From: Spirochaetia bacterium
GTDB lineage: Bacteria; Spirochaetota; Spirochaetia; SZUA-6; Bin103
Assembly (NCBI GenBank): GCA_965199955.1
Contig: CBDATQ010000002.1
Location: forward strand, 448,001 to 512,000
DNA length: 64,000 bases
Reading direction: 5' to 3'
Shown: positions 20,802-32,974 of the stretch, one piece after another
Position numbering within the stretch: position 1 is the first letter of the stretch
Layout: every line of letters begins with the position of its first letter
Notes under the pieces: model-generated
Databases searched by the model: none
What the model was told of the DNA's origin: nothing
What the model saw: only the letters and a program-made list of their open reading frames with translations
Program-made: the position numbers and the translations under genes

Positions 20802-21959
20802 TCAGGCGTCCTCGCGCGCCCGCTCGTGGAGGTGCCCGAACGTGTCGAGGACCGCAGGATCGGGCTCCCGTTCGTGAGCGCGCCGGTGGTAGGCGGCATA
20901 CAGCTCGGCCGCCGGCGCCCCGGCGTTGGGCCGGTCGCTGTCCGGCACCTCGGACTCGGGCAGGTCCACGCGCACGACCAGCGCGGTCGGCAGGAGGTCG
21001 CGCACCTTGCGGTTGATGTCCGGGTCCTTCTCGTTGAGCTTGACTGTGACCCGCAGCCACGCGCCATCGCCGTTCGCGCCGGCATGGTCTTCGAGGTCGT
21101 CCAGCGTCCCTTCGATGTCCCGCAGCGTCCGGCCGCCTTCGTACGGCACGTGCTCGACCCGCGCCGGGCGGCGTGGTGCGGCTTCGATGACCGCGAACGT
21201 CTTCTCCTGGCCGACCTCGCCGAAGTCGAGCTGCAGCGGCGATCCGGCGTACCAGGCGGACAGCGTGCCCGCCACCTTCTGCGGCTTGTGGATGTGGCCG
21301 AGCGCGATGTAGGTCGCGGTCGGCGGAAGCGTCTGCGGCGTCGCGGCCCAGTCCTCGGACAGGTGGACGCGGCGCTCCGAGTCGCCGAAGGCCGCGCCCT
21401 CCAGGTGCGTATGGGCCACCAGCAGGTTCACGGCGTCGTCGCGGTACCCGGCGCAGAGGTTCTCCACCGCTCGCTGGAACAGGTGCGCGTAGCGGGTTCG
21501 CGCGGACGCCTCGTCCCCGGTCAGATCCAGGGCGGACACCCACATCCCGGGCGAGGCGAACGGCAGCGCCGCGACCACGGCCTGCTCGCCGCCGCGGGTT
21601 TCGAGCAGGAACGTCCCGCCGCGGCTCGCGCTCCGGGGGCGGCCGAGGATGTGGACGTTGGCGCCCGCCGCCAGCAGCGCGCGCGCGTCGAACCGAAGCG
21701 GATCGTCGTGATTGCCGGCGATCACGACGGTGCGGGCGCCGGCACGGCCGACGCGCACCAGGAACTCATTGACCAGCCGCTCCGAGTCGCCCGTCGGGTT
21801 GCGGCTGTCGAACACGTCGCCCGAATGCAGGACGAGGTCGATCGACTCCCGCTCGACGAAGCGGGCCAGGTTGTCGATGACCGCCTCCATCTCGTCCAGC
21901 CGCTGGATGCCCTTCCAGCGGCGGCCGACGTGCCAGTCGCTGGTGTGCACGATCCTCAC
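20802..21959 (-). CDS. sbcD: SbcD/Mre11 nuclease
   Basis: HTSDWHVG, GDVFD, GNHD, ALGHIH, YAGS phosphoesterase motifs. Confidence 0.95.
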   Translation of the reverse strand: MRIVHTSDWHVGRRWKGIQRLDEMEAVIDNLARFVERESIDLVLHSGDVFDSRNPTGDSERLVNEFLVRVGRAGARTVVIAGNHDDPLRFDARALLAAGANVHILGRPRSASRGGTFLLETRGGEQAVVAALPFASPGMWVSALDLTGDEASARTRYAHLFQRAVENLCAGYRDDAVNLLVAHTHLEGAAFGDSERRVHLSEDWAATPQTLPPTATYIALGHIHKPQKVAGTLSAWYAGSPLQLDFGEVGQEKTFAVIEAAPRRPARVEHVPYEGGRTLRDIEGTLDDLEDHAGANGDGAWLRVTVKLNEKDPDINRKVRDLLPTALVVRVDLPESEVPDSDRPNAGAPAAELYAAYHRRAHEREPDPAVLDTFGHLHERAREDA

Positions 21960-21969
21960 GAGGAGATCC

Positions 21970-23634
21970 TCACGCGCGCAGGAACGGGTCCTCGTCCCCG
22001 CCGGCGTCCTTCACCTCGCTCTGGCGCGTCGCCCAGGAGGGGAACGGGAAGTTCAGCAGGATCGGGGTCGGGAGCTCCGGCTGGGTTACGATCATCGTGC
22101 CCGGTGACAGCATCGTGGCGCGCTTGCGGGCGACCTGGGTGAGGAAGCCGTACTCGCCCCGTTCCGCTTCGGCCGCGTCGAGGCGTCCGACCACCTTGAA
22201 CGCCGCGTTGGCGACCACCCGGCGTTCCACCTCGCTCGCGGTCTGCTGGGCGCCGAACAGGGAGACGCCGAGCGATCGGCCGCGCTCGGCGATGTCGAGC
22301 AGGACGTCCTGAATCGGACTCCAGCCGGAACGCGGCGCGTACTTGTTGAGTTCGTCGAGCACGACGAACACCAGCGGGCGGGCCGTGCCCTGCTGCTCCT
22401 TGTCCTGCAGCATCCGCTTGAGCAGGACGCCGACCACGAACATCTGCGCGGTCTGATGCAGCGTGTGGATGTCCACCACCGTGACCTGGTGCGCCTGCCA
22501 GTCGATGCGGTGGCGCGCCGTCTCCCGGTCGCCGCGCACCAGGTGTCCCATGTGCTGCGCGGCGGCATGCAGCCGCCGGCGGAACGCGTCCAGCGTGCCG
22601 GACGCGGCGGCCGGCGCCATCTGGTCCAGCGCTTCCGTGTCGAGCAGCTCGATCAGGTCGTCGAAGCTGACGACGTGCGCCTCGTCCACGGTGATGCCCG
22701 GATCGTTCCGGTCGCCCGCGCGGGCGGCGCGCTCCAGCACGCGCTCGACCCGGTAGATCAGGAACGAGAGCTGCGAGCGCGCGTCCTCGCCCTCGGCGAA
22801 GATGAAGCGCAGCAGGCGGTTGCGGGCGAACTCGCGGAGCGTCCACGCGTACGCCCGGACACCCTCGTGTCGGCTGCCGACCTCGGGGATGAGCACCTCG
22901 CCGTGGCGCCGGGTCGGGGCGAAGAAGCCGACGTCCTCGAACGGTCCCGCGTTCAGGCCGAGGGCGCGGTAGCTGGCCGCTGCGTCCTCGTCGATCTTGG
23001 CGTTCGGCTTGTCCAGCCACAGCAGGTCCTCGCCCTTGACGTTGAAGATGATCGCCCGCGCGTTGGCCGCGTCCCGGCCGAGGGCGTCGGAGTGAAACAG
23101 GGATTAGAGAAGGAACGTGGCGTAGCTGGTCTTGGTGGCCACGCCGGAGATGCCGCTGATCGAGGCGTGCGCGCCCCGTTCGCCGTCGAGGAAGTCGAGG
23201 TTGGCGTAGACCGTCTCGCCGGCGCGCGCGCCGCCGATGGCGACCTTGCGCTCCATCCGATCGATGAACAGGGCGCGCCGGAACTCCACTCCGCGGACGA
23301 TGCGCACCTCGCTGCCGGGGTGCGGCGGGACGAACACCTCCGGGTCGATGCGGGTCACCTGCACGTGCGCGGCGTAGGAGACGTCCACCGGCAGAATCCC
23401 TTCCGAGGCCCGGAACGCGTCCGAGTCGAACTGCGCGCCTTCATAGCGCTTGCGGACCACGTCGACGATGCCGAAGAAGCCGACGCTCTCGCCGTCGACG
23501 ACCGCCTCGACGGTCACCAGGTCGTCGAGCTGCAGGAAGCGCCCTTCGCTGACGCCGACCCAGAACTCGAGCGGACCGGCGTCCTCCGATCCGAGCACCA
23601 CGCCGACCGGGGACTCCCAGCTTCGCTCACTCAT
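21970..23634 (-). pseudogene. herA: HerA-family ATPase/helicase with one in-frame TAA at 23104-23106
   Basis: HAS-barrel N-terminus; HASISGISGVATKTSY Walker A; FLL*SLFHS; IIFNVKGEDL; LDELNKYAP; ERGRSLG; frame continuous over 1665 nt. Confidence 0.88.
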
Positions 23635-24616
23635 GCGCGGCCTCCCGTGCCACCAGGGCTTCGATCCAGCGCCGGATCAGGCGCGCGTCGCCGAGCCGGG
23701 CACGGAGCTGCTGCTCCAGCGCGCCGATGGGCAGGAGATTCTGCGGCGACCGCGGGTCCCTGGATCGTTGCGGCGCGACTCCAGGCAGCCAGGCGGTGGC
23801 GGCATCGGCCAGGTGGCGGGCGGCGTCGACGCCCGCGGACGCTCCCACTTCCAGGCGGACCAGGCCATGCAACTCGACGGCGCCGTGTGCGGGGTCGCCG
23901 AGGCGCTGGAACCAGGAGTACCGGGCGAACCCGGAGCGGTCGCCGCGAATCGCGAACAGGGGCGTCCGGGAGCCCGCCGGGAGGGTCGCCATGAGCGGCA
24001 GGAACCGGCCCGGAAGGTAGAGGTCGTGCAGCCGCTTGATGTAGCCGACGGCCTGCTCCGGCCGCTCGGGCACGAAGCTGAGCGGGCCGTCGACGATGAC
24101 CAGCGTGTCCGGGGCGCAGAGATCGGCGGCCATCGCCGCTTCGGCGGTTCGCATCGAGTCCTGGATGTGCCGCAACGGCCCGTCCACCTCCGTCCTGGGG
24201 GTGCTCTCGGGCTGATACACCAGATCGTCGCGAACCTGCACGGGAGCCGGCAGGGGGCGTCCACCCCCGAGCACCATGGTGCGGGACACGCGGATCTCGC
24301 CGAAATCGGCCGCCGAGTCACGCATGATGGCAGCGCCAACCGCATGGCTGCCGAAGCCGCCGAAGATCAGGGTCTCGTCCTGCCGGACCTGCACCCGGGC
24401 GTCGAGCCTGCGGACCCCGTCGACGAACACGACCCGCTCGCGAAACGAGCCGGGAGCCGGGGGCACGATCGCCTTCCATGCGTCATCGGGCACTTCGACC
24501 TCGTGGTCGACGTGCTCGCGCGGCCGATCGTTCCGGGACTCCAGCGGCGTCTGGTCCCCGTAGTCGATCTCCCACGGATCGATGCGGACGTCGTAGTCGC
24601 CGAAGACCCGTGACAT
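23627..24616 (-). CDS. nurA: NurA-like nuclease
   Basis: FVDGVRR, VDGPL, GYIK, R.PQNL.PI.ALE motifs; coupled directly to herA. Confidence 0.8.
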   Translation of the reverse strand: MSRVFGDYDVRIDPWEIDYGDQTPLESRNDRPREHVDHEVEVPDDAWKAIVPPAPGSFRERVVFVDGVRRLDARVQVRQDETLIFGGFGSHAVGAAIMRDSAADFGEIRVSRTMVLGGGRPLPAPVQVRDDLVYQPESTPRTEVDGPLRHIQDSMRTAEAAMAADLCAPDTLVIVDGPLSFVPERPEQAVGYIKRLHDLYLPGRFLPLMATLPAGSRTPLFAIRGDRSGFARYSWFQRLGDPAHGAVELHGLVRLEVGASAGVDAARHLADAATAWLPGVAPQRSRDPRSPQNLLPIGALEQQLRARLGDARLIRRWIEALVAREAAHE

Positions 24617-24624
24617 GGCGCCGG

Positions 24625-24924
24625 TCACGGGGCGCCGTGCACGGGCTCGTAGTGCTCGACCTCGGGAAACGGGTCGTAGAAGTGGTGCAGCAGCCGGCGC
24701 CACTCCTGGTACCGGTCGGATCCGCGGAAACCGACGGTGTGGTCCTCCAGCGTGCGCCACGTCACCAGGAGAAGGTAGCGGCTGCGCCTCTCCAGGCACC
24801 TCCGGAGCTCGTGGGACACGTAGCCGTCCATGGCGGAGATGATCGCCTGCGCCTCGGCGAAGGCCGCCTCGAAGTCGGCCTGCAGTCCGGGTTTCACGTC
24901 CAGTATCGCGACCTCCAGGACCAT
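24625..24924 (-). CDS. Antibiotic biosynthesis monooxygenase (ABM) family protein
   Basis: MVLEVAILDVKPG..FEAAF...YLLLVTW..LEDHTVGFRGS. Confidence 0.85.
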   Translation of the reverse strand: MVLEVAILDVKPGLQADFEAAFAEAQAIISAMDGYVSHELRRCLERRSRYLLLVTWRTLEDHTVGFRGSDRYQEWRRLLHHFYDPFPEVEHYEPVHGAP

Positions 24925-24934
24925 GCCGGGCGGG

Positions 24935-25711
24935 TCACCAGCGATAGGAGGGGTCTTCCTGATCGAGGATCTCGCGCAGCGCTCGGAAGTGGTCCTCGCT
25001 CAGGTCGGGGTAGTTTCGCCACTGGAGCTCGGTCTTGGCCGCGACGCGGTCGGGGACGGCGCGCACCTTCATGCCGGTCTGCACGGCGATGAGGTACGTG
25101 CAGCAGGCGCGCTCGTAGTAGTAGAGGTCGTCGAACGCCTGCGCGACCGTCGGGCCGAACACCATCACGCCGTGGTGGCGCATGAGCAGGATCGGGTTGT
25201 CGCCGACCAGGCGGCCGACGCGTTCGGCCTCGTCGTCCAGGCCCATGCCGTCGAACTGGTCGTCGATGGTCACCCGCCCCCAGAAGCGCATCGCGTTCTG
25301 CTCGACTGGCGGCAGCGTGGGGTCGTCCAGGCAGGCCAGCGCCGTGGCGTACTTCGAGTGCACGTGCAGGACGCAGCGGGCGCCCGGCACGTTGCGGTGG
25401 ATGCTGCCGTGCAGGGCCCAGGCGGTCGGGTCGGGCGCGTCCGGGCGCTCCATCGTGCTCGGATCGCCCGCGTCGAGGAGCAGCAGCTCGCTGGCCCTGA
25501 CGCGCGAGAAATGGCGGCCGCGCGGGTTCATCAGGAACTTCGTGCCGGCTGCGTCGACCGCCAGGCTGAAGTGGTTGGCGACCGATTCGTGCAGGTCGTA
25601 GCGTGCCGCCCATCGGAACGCGCACGCCAGGGCGATGCGCTCCTCGCGGAAGTCCATGCCCGGGTTGCCGTCGACCGCCGGTTCGGTGGCGATGACCTGG
25701 GTTTGTGCCAT
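24935..25711 (-). CDS. Class II aldolase/adducin family protein
   Basis: NHFS, ARCVLHVHS, LMRHHG zinc-binding His motifs. Confidence 0.88.
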   Translation of the reverse strand: MAQTQVIATEPAVDGNPGMDFREERIALACAFRWAARYDLHESVANHFSLAVDAAGTKFLMNPRGRHFSRVRASELLLLDAGDPSTMERPDAPDPTAWALHGSIHRNVPGARCVLHVHSKYATALACLDDPTLPPVEQNAMRFWGRVTIDDQFDGMGLDDEAERVGRLVGDNPILLMRHHGVMVFGPTVAQAFDDLYYYERACCTYLIAVQTGMKVRAVPDRVAAKTELQWRNYPDLSEDHFRALREILDQEDPSYRW

Positions 25712-25787
25712 GCCGGCCACGGTACCTTCCGCCGCTTGTCCCGGCAACGGCGCGGGACCTATGATCTGTGGGGCCAGGAGGGGGCAG

Positions 25788-26078
25788 ATGGGAATGCGGC
25801 AGACGGCACGGCCGAAGCAGCGCCTGATGTACATCCACGCGCAGACGCCCAACATCCAGTCGCCGATCCTGGGCTTCACGGTCTACGAGCCGGTGCCCGG
25901 CTTCGCGGTCGAGCTGCAGGTGGATCCGCCGCCGTGTCCGTACGAGTCCGTGCACGACGCGGTGTGCGACGGCTGGCAGATCGTGCAGTTCCCGCTGCAC
26001 CAGGCCGATTTCGACGACGACGACCTGGACATGGTCGGCTACGAGTTCGTGCTGCAGAAGATGGAGGTGGTCGAATGA
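25788..26078 (+). CDS. Small hypothetical protein coupled to the downstream PhyH gene
   Basis: RBS ggaggggg; PYESVHDAVCDGWQIVQFP...GYEFVLQK; ATGA overlap with next gene. Confidence 0.7.
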   Translation: MGMRQTARPKQRLMYIHAQTPNIQSPILGFTVYEPVPGFAVELQVDPPPCPYESVHDAVCDGWQIVQFPLHQADFDDDDLDMVGYEFVLQKMEVVE

Positions 26079-26878
26079 GCACGATCGCGGCGGCGCACCC
26101 GGACACGCTTCTGGACGACCGGGCGGTGGTCGACTTCATCATCCGCGGCCATCTCCTGCTGGAGCTCGACCTGCCGGCCGGCATGAACGAACGGATCGCC
26201 GCGACGCTGGACGGCATGGACGGCAACCCGGGCGACGCCATCACCGACGCGGTCCCGGATCTCCACCGGGTGCTGGACCACCCGCTCGTGCAGGGCGCGC
26301 TGACCAGCCTGGCGGGAGATGACTACCAGGTCATGGCGCACCGCCATTGGCACTGCAAGGAGCCGGGCACCGCGTACATGCACTGGCACCAGGACGGCAA
26401 GAACCGGCGTGGCGTCGGCCTGGACCGGTTCCTGGGGCTCTACTATCCCGCCGACGTCACCCCCGACATGGGGCCGACGATCATCGTGCCCGGCACCCAC
26501 TTCCGCAACGCGCCCACCGACCGCATGCGGACCTACACCAACATCAGCGGCCAGGTGCCGCTGGTGGTGAAGGCGGGCACCTTCGCGCTGACGCACTACG
26601 ACCTCTGGCACGGCACGGCCGCCAACCGCTCGGGCCGGCGCCGGCACATGATCAAGTTCCTGTTCAACCGCACCCGGCCCAACGAGCGGCCGACGTGGAA
26701 TCACGACCCGGAGGCCATGAACGGCCTGCGGGACTGGAACCGGCGCTCCGCGTCCGAGCAGCCGCTCGACATGCTGACGTTCACCAACCCGCTGAACGTG
26801 TCGCAGACCGACCACTACAAGGAGGTCGCCAGGCGGCGCGCCGTCTGGGACGAGCTCACGCGGGCGGCGTCGCCGTGA
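26075..26878 (+). CDS. PhyH-family dioxygenase
   Basis: WHQDG, MGPTIIVPGTH, HYDLWH. Confidence 0.85.
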   Translation: MSTIAAAHPDTLLDDRAVVDFIIRGHLLLELDLPAGMNERIAATLDGMDGNPGDAITDAVPDLHRVLDHPLVQGALTSLAGDDYQVMAHRHWHCKEPGTAYMHWHQDGKNRRGVGLDRFLGLYYPADVTPDMGPTIIVPGTHFRNAPTDRMRTYTNISGQVPLVVKAGTFALTHYDLWHGTAANRSGRRRHMIKFLFNRTRPNERPTWNHDPEAMNGLRDWNRRSASEQPLDMLTFTNPLNVSQTDHYKEVARRRAVWDELTRAASP

Positions 26879-28068
26879 GCGGCACCGGCGTTCGTGCCGG
26901 GCCCCTGCTGGGCGCGGTCGCGGCCGCGCTGACGTTCGCCGGGCTCGGGCTGGGCATGCTGATCGCCCGCCACACGCCGGGCGTGCCGGCGGAGCCTGAC
27001 GCCCCGCAGCCGTGGGCGGCTTCCGCTCCGGCGCAGCCGGTGCAGTGGACGGAAGGCGTCGCGGGCGGGCGCTACTACTCGGCCGACGAGCGCAACAACA
27101 TCGCCATCTACGACGCCCTCAACGAGGGGGTGGTCAACGTCTCGGCCGAGGGCAGCGTGGTCTTCCGCTATCGCCCCATTCCCCGCTCCGACTCGGGCTC
27201 CGGCGTGATCATCGACGCCGACGGCCACGTGCTGACCAGCCACCACGTGATCAGGAACGCCACCCGCCTGACGGTCACGCTCTGGGACGGCAGCGAGCAC
27301 GACGCGGCGCTCGTCGGCGCCGATCCGGAGAACGACCTGGCGGTGATCCGTTTCGATCCGGGCGGCACGCCGCTGACGGTGATCCCGTTCGGGGATTCGA
27401 CCGACCTGCGTGTCGGCCAGAAGGTGCTGGCGATCGGCAACCCGTTCGGCCAGGATCGGTCGCTGACCACCGGCATCGTCTCCGGCCTGGGCCGGCCGGT
27501 GGAGGCGGACGACGGCCGCATCATCCAGCAGATGATCCAGACCGACGCCTCCATCAATCCCGGCAACTCCGGCGGACCGCTGCTGAACGCCAGCGGCCTC
27601 ATGATCGGCATCAACACCATGATCTTCTCGCCCACCGGCGCCTCGGTCGGCATCGGCTTCGCCGTGCCGATCGCCACCGCCCGCCGCGTGCTGCCCGAGC
27701 TCCTGGAGAGCGGTACGGTGCGGCGCGGCTGGATAGACATGCGGGCCGTGCCAATCTCGGCGCGCCTGGCGCGGGCGCTGGACCTGACGCGCCGTGACGG
27801 GTTGCTGGTGCACGTGGTCGAGCCCGACTCGCCCGCGGCGCGGGCCGGCCTGCGCGGCGGCACCAACCCGGTACGCTGGAACCAGAGGGTGTTCTATGCC
27901 GGCGGCGACATCATCGTCGAGGTGGACGGTCACCAGATCAGCGGCTATCGCGAGCTGCTGGCCGCGCTGGAGGACAACAAGCCGGGCGAGGAGGTGACGG
28001 TGGTCGTGGAGCGCGACGGCCGCCTGCGGGAGCTGTCGGTCACGTTGAGCGAGCGCTCTCGTGAGTAA
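26875..28068 (+). CDS. htrA: HtrA/DegP-family serine protease with PDZ domain
   Basis: N-terminal TM; GSGVII, LTSHHV, DLAV, QTDASINPGNSGGPL; PDZ domain with GDII. Confidence 0.93.
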   Translation: MSGTGVRAGPLLGAVAAALTFAGLGLGMLIARHTPGVPAEPDAPQPWAASAPAQPVQWTEGVAGGRYYSADERNNIAIYDALNEGVVNVSAEGSVVFRYRPIPRSDSGSGVIIDADGHVLTSHHVIRNATRLTVTLWDGSEHDAALVGADPENDLAVIRFDPGGTPLTVIPFGDSTDLRVGQKVLAIGNPFGQDRSLTTGIVSGLGRPVEADDGRIIQQMIQTDASINPGNSGGPLLNASGLMIGINTMIFSPTGASVGIGFAVPIATARRVLPELLESGTVRRGWIDMRAVPISARLARALDLTRRDGLLVHVVEPDSPAARAGLRGGTNPVRWNQRVFYAGGDIIVEVDGHQISGYRELLAALEDNKPGEEVTVVVERDGRLRELSVTLSERSRE

Positions 28069-28140
28069 CGATCGCCAGAGTCGAGGCGCGCCGTACCCCT
28101 GCGAGCCGCGGAAATCCGTCACGTTGAGCGAACGCTCCCG

Positions 28141-30200
<2,060 letters not shown>

Positions 30201-30204
<4 letters not shown>

Positions 30205-30602
30205 GCATGCGTCCGGCGGGCGTGGCGGCGTTGCTGTTGTCTCTGACCCTCGGGCTCGGCGCGTGCGGGTCGCCGAAGATCGAGCCGGCGCTAGTGCTGC
30301 CGCCGACGCCGGTGCTGGCGATGTCCATCCGATGGGCGGTGGTCGACGTGGACGGCCTGCGGCTGCGGGAAAAGCCGGATCAGACCGGACGCATCCTGCT
30401 GTCGCTGACGGAGGGAGCCCGCGTGGAGATCCTCGCGCGGACGCCCGACGCGATGGAGATCGACGGGCAGACCGACTACTGGTACCAGGTCAACCACAAC
30501 GGCCTGCGCGGCTGGACGTTCGGCGCCTTCCTTACAGAGGTGCCCGGCCTCGCCGAGGTGAGTGCGTACGCGGAGACGGGCTCTGCCGGAAGCGATCGTT
30601 GA
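30201..30602 (+). CDS. SH3b-domain lipoprotein
   Basis: Lipobox LGAC; LRLREKP...WYQV...GWTFG. Confidence 0.75.
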
Positions 30603-32179
30603 ACATTCCGTTCGATGAGGTTCCGTTCGATGAGGTCGTCGCCTGGCTTCGCATCTGGGCGGTGCCGCCGCTCATGGGTGCGGCTATCGGCTACGCGACG
30701 AACTTCGTGGCGATCCGGATGCTCTTTCGACCGCTGACCCGCAAGCGCGTCCTCGGCATCCCGGTGCCGCTGACACCGGGCGTGATCCCCCGTCAGCGGG
30801 GACAGCTCGCGCGGAGCATCGCCAGCGTGGTGTCGCGCGAGCTGCTCACGCCGGACGCGATCCGCGCTCATCTGCAACGGCCCGAGTTCGCCGTGCGCCT
30901 GCGCGTTCAGCTCGCGTCGCTCTCGGGTGAGCTGCTCGCCATGCCGGTGCGGAAGCTGGCGGGCGCCGTGCAGGGCGCTCGGCCGCAGATCGAGCAGGGA
31001 CTGGCGGCGCTGTTGCACCGGCTGTTCGGCTCGCGCGGCTTCATCTACGCGCTGCGGGGACTGGTCGGGCGCGCGGTGGAGAGCGCCGGCGGCCAGCGCC
31101 TGAGCGAGGTGGCGGATGACCTTACGTTGTCGGCCTTCGTGAGCGGCCGACTCGTTCCCAGGCTGGCCGAGCCGGAGGTGGGACGGCAGATCGGCCGCGC
31201 CGTCTCAGGCGTCGCCGAGCGGCCGCAGGCGACGGTCGGCGATCTGCTGCCGCCGGCCGTCGCGGAGCGTCTGGCCGTCATGCTGCCTGCGGTCGTGCCG
31301 TCGCTGATGCGCGAGCTGGTCCGATGGTTGCGGCGGCCCGCCATGCGCGGCGAGCTGGAGACGCGCGGGAGGCTGCTGCTGCGCGACATCCTGGATCGGC
31401 TCAACCTGATGCAGAAGCTGTTCATCGGGGCCGCGCAGTACGACCGCACGCTGGCCGAACGCATGCCGGAGATCGTCGACGACGCGCTGCGCCAACTGGA
31501 GCACGCCGCCGACGACCCGGAGGTGGTGGCGCACATGCAGGAGTCGCTCCACGAGTGGCTGGCATCGGCCCGCGAGCGGCCCCTGGCCGACGTGCTCCCG
31601 GATGCGGCCGAGCAGCGGATCGGCGAGCTGTGGGGTCCCGCGGCCGCGGGACCGGTCGCCGCGCTCATCGACGCCGTGCTGCAGCGGTTCCTGGAGGAGC
31701 ACGGACAGACGCCGATCGCCGAGCTCGCGGCCCGCTTCCTCGGCGTGTCGGCAAGCGATACGGTGGACGAGATCTCGCAACGGTTGCTGCGCTACCTGTC
31801 CGACGAGCAGACCGCCCGGTCGGTCGCGGCGCAGATCGCGGGCGCCATCGACCGGCTGGCCGACTCCGGGGACGTGACCCTGGCGGAGCTGCTTGCCCTC
31901 GACGCGGGCGGCAAGGCCGCCCTGGACGACGCCGTCGCCAGCCGCGCGGAGCGCCTGCTGGTGGAGCAGGTCCCGACGATGGTGGCCGCGCTGGACGTGG
32001 AGCGGCTGGTGATCGATCGGATCGATCGCCTTGAGGTGCGCGACGTGGAGCGCATCCTGCTGACCGTGATCGCCAGGCACCTGAAGTGGATCAACCTGTT
32101 CGGCGCGTTGATCGGATCGCTGATCGGGCTGTCGCAGCTAGCCCTGCGCGGCGCCGGCGCTGCGGGCGCCGGCTTCTGA
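30599..32179 (+). CDS. DUF445 family membrane protein
   Basis: GAAIGYATNFVAIRMLFRP, TPGVIP, C-terminal LKWINLFGALIG. Confidence 0.88.
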   Translation: MNIPFDEVPFDEVVAWLRIWAVPPLMGAAIGYATNFVAIRMLFRPLTRKRVLGIPVPLTPGVIPRQRGQLARSIASVVSRELLTPDAIRAHLQRPEFAVRLRVQLASLSGELLAMPVRKLAGAVQGARPQIEQGLAALLHRLFGSRGFIYALRGLVGRAVESAGGQRLSEVADDLTLSAFVSGRLVPRLAEPEVGRQIGRAVSGVAERPQATVGDLLPPAVAERLAVMLPAVVPSLMRELVRWLRRPAMRGELETRGRLLLRDILDRLNLMQKLFIGAAQYDRTLAERMPEIVDDALRQLEHAADDPEVVAHMQESLHEWLASARERPLADVLPDAAEQRIGELWGPAAAGPVAALIDAVLQRFLEEHGQTPIAELAARFLGVSASDTVDEISQRLLRYLSDEQTARSVAAQIAGAIDRLADSGDVTLAELLALDAGGKAALDDAVASRAERLLVEQVPTMVAALDVERLVIDRIDRLEVRDVERILLTVIARHLKWINLFGALIGSLIGLSQLALRGAGAAGAGF

Positions 32180-32944
32180 GCTGGTGCCGCTCCCCGGCCG
32201 GGCGACCGCGGCCGCTCTGGCGACGATCCAGTCCTGCATGGCGGCCAGGCGGCTGCGCAGCGATGCCTCCACGAAGCGCTCGAGGACGTTCGGCGCCTGC
32301 GCGGCTACCAGTCCGTACACCGTCCACGCCCCGGTGCCTGAGGAACCTGCGGGGGCGATCAGCAGCGCGATCAGCAGCCGATCCGAGTCGATCAGACGGA
32401 TCCTCAGGACGCTGAGCGGCAGCGGGTTGCTGACGATCAGCAGGATGGCGTCGTCCGCGGTGCGGTACTCCAGCCGGTATGGCGCCCTGCCGAAGGAGGC
32501 GTCGTCGACCAGCGCGAACGCCTCGCCGCGGCCGCCGGCTCCCGGGACCGGGTCGGGCAGGGCGGCGCCGTGGGTGTCGATGGCATGCGCGGTCTTGAAC
32601 AACACCCGCTCGCCCCGGTACAGGACCGAGAAGTACCGGATGCCCTGCAGGGTGCTGATCGCGTGCAGCGCCTCGTACAGGTCGGCGGTCGTGGCGCCGT
32701 TGGCCGGCAGCTCGCCACGGGTCTCGAACGCATGGCTGGGCAGGAGCGCGGCGAACCGTTCGTGCACTTCCCGGCCGAGCGCGGTGTCGGCCGGCATGCA
32801 GGCGAGCGCGCCATCCGCGCGCTGCACGGCGGGGAACTCCCGTCCGTCGTCGGCGACCATCCGGCCCGACGGGAGACACGCCGAGGCCGGGGCCGCCCCG
32901 ATGACGGCCGGCAGCAGCAGGCACAGCGCCGTGCCCAGAAGCAC
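32138..32944 (-). CDS. Hypothetical secreted protein, spirochete-type (DUF6675-like)
   Basis: Signal-like start; AISTLQGIRYFS, D.SFG..PY, SL.SRL.AM.DW pattern recalled from spirochete proteins; family assignment from memory. Confidence 0.55.
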   Translation of the reverse strand: MLLGTALCLLLPAVIGAAPASACLPSGRMVADDGREFPAVQRADGALACMPADTALGREVHERFAALLPSHAFETRGELPANGATTADLYEALHAISTLQGIRYFSVLYRGERVLFKTAHAIDTHGAALPDPVPGAGGRGEAFALVDDASFGRAPYRLEYRTADDAILLIVSNPLPLSVLRIRLIDSDRLLIALLIAPAGSSGTGAWTVYGLVAAQAPNVLERFVEASLRSRLAAMQDWIVARAAAVARPGSGTSSEAGARSAGAAQG

Positions 32945-32974
32945 TCGGCGCGGGCGGCGGTGGGGGAACGGACG

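Noticed and set aside
17724..21959. Wadjet/Lamassu SMC defence system
   Set aside because: Zinc hook plus Mre11-type nuclease identify SbcCD; no kleisin/KITE or Lamassu effector genes.
23104..23106. Genome-wide TAA recoding
   Set aside because: TAA ends genuine genes in the window (binding protein at 1706, htrA at 28068); two cases are better explained by mutation or error.
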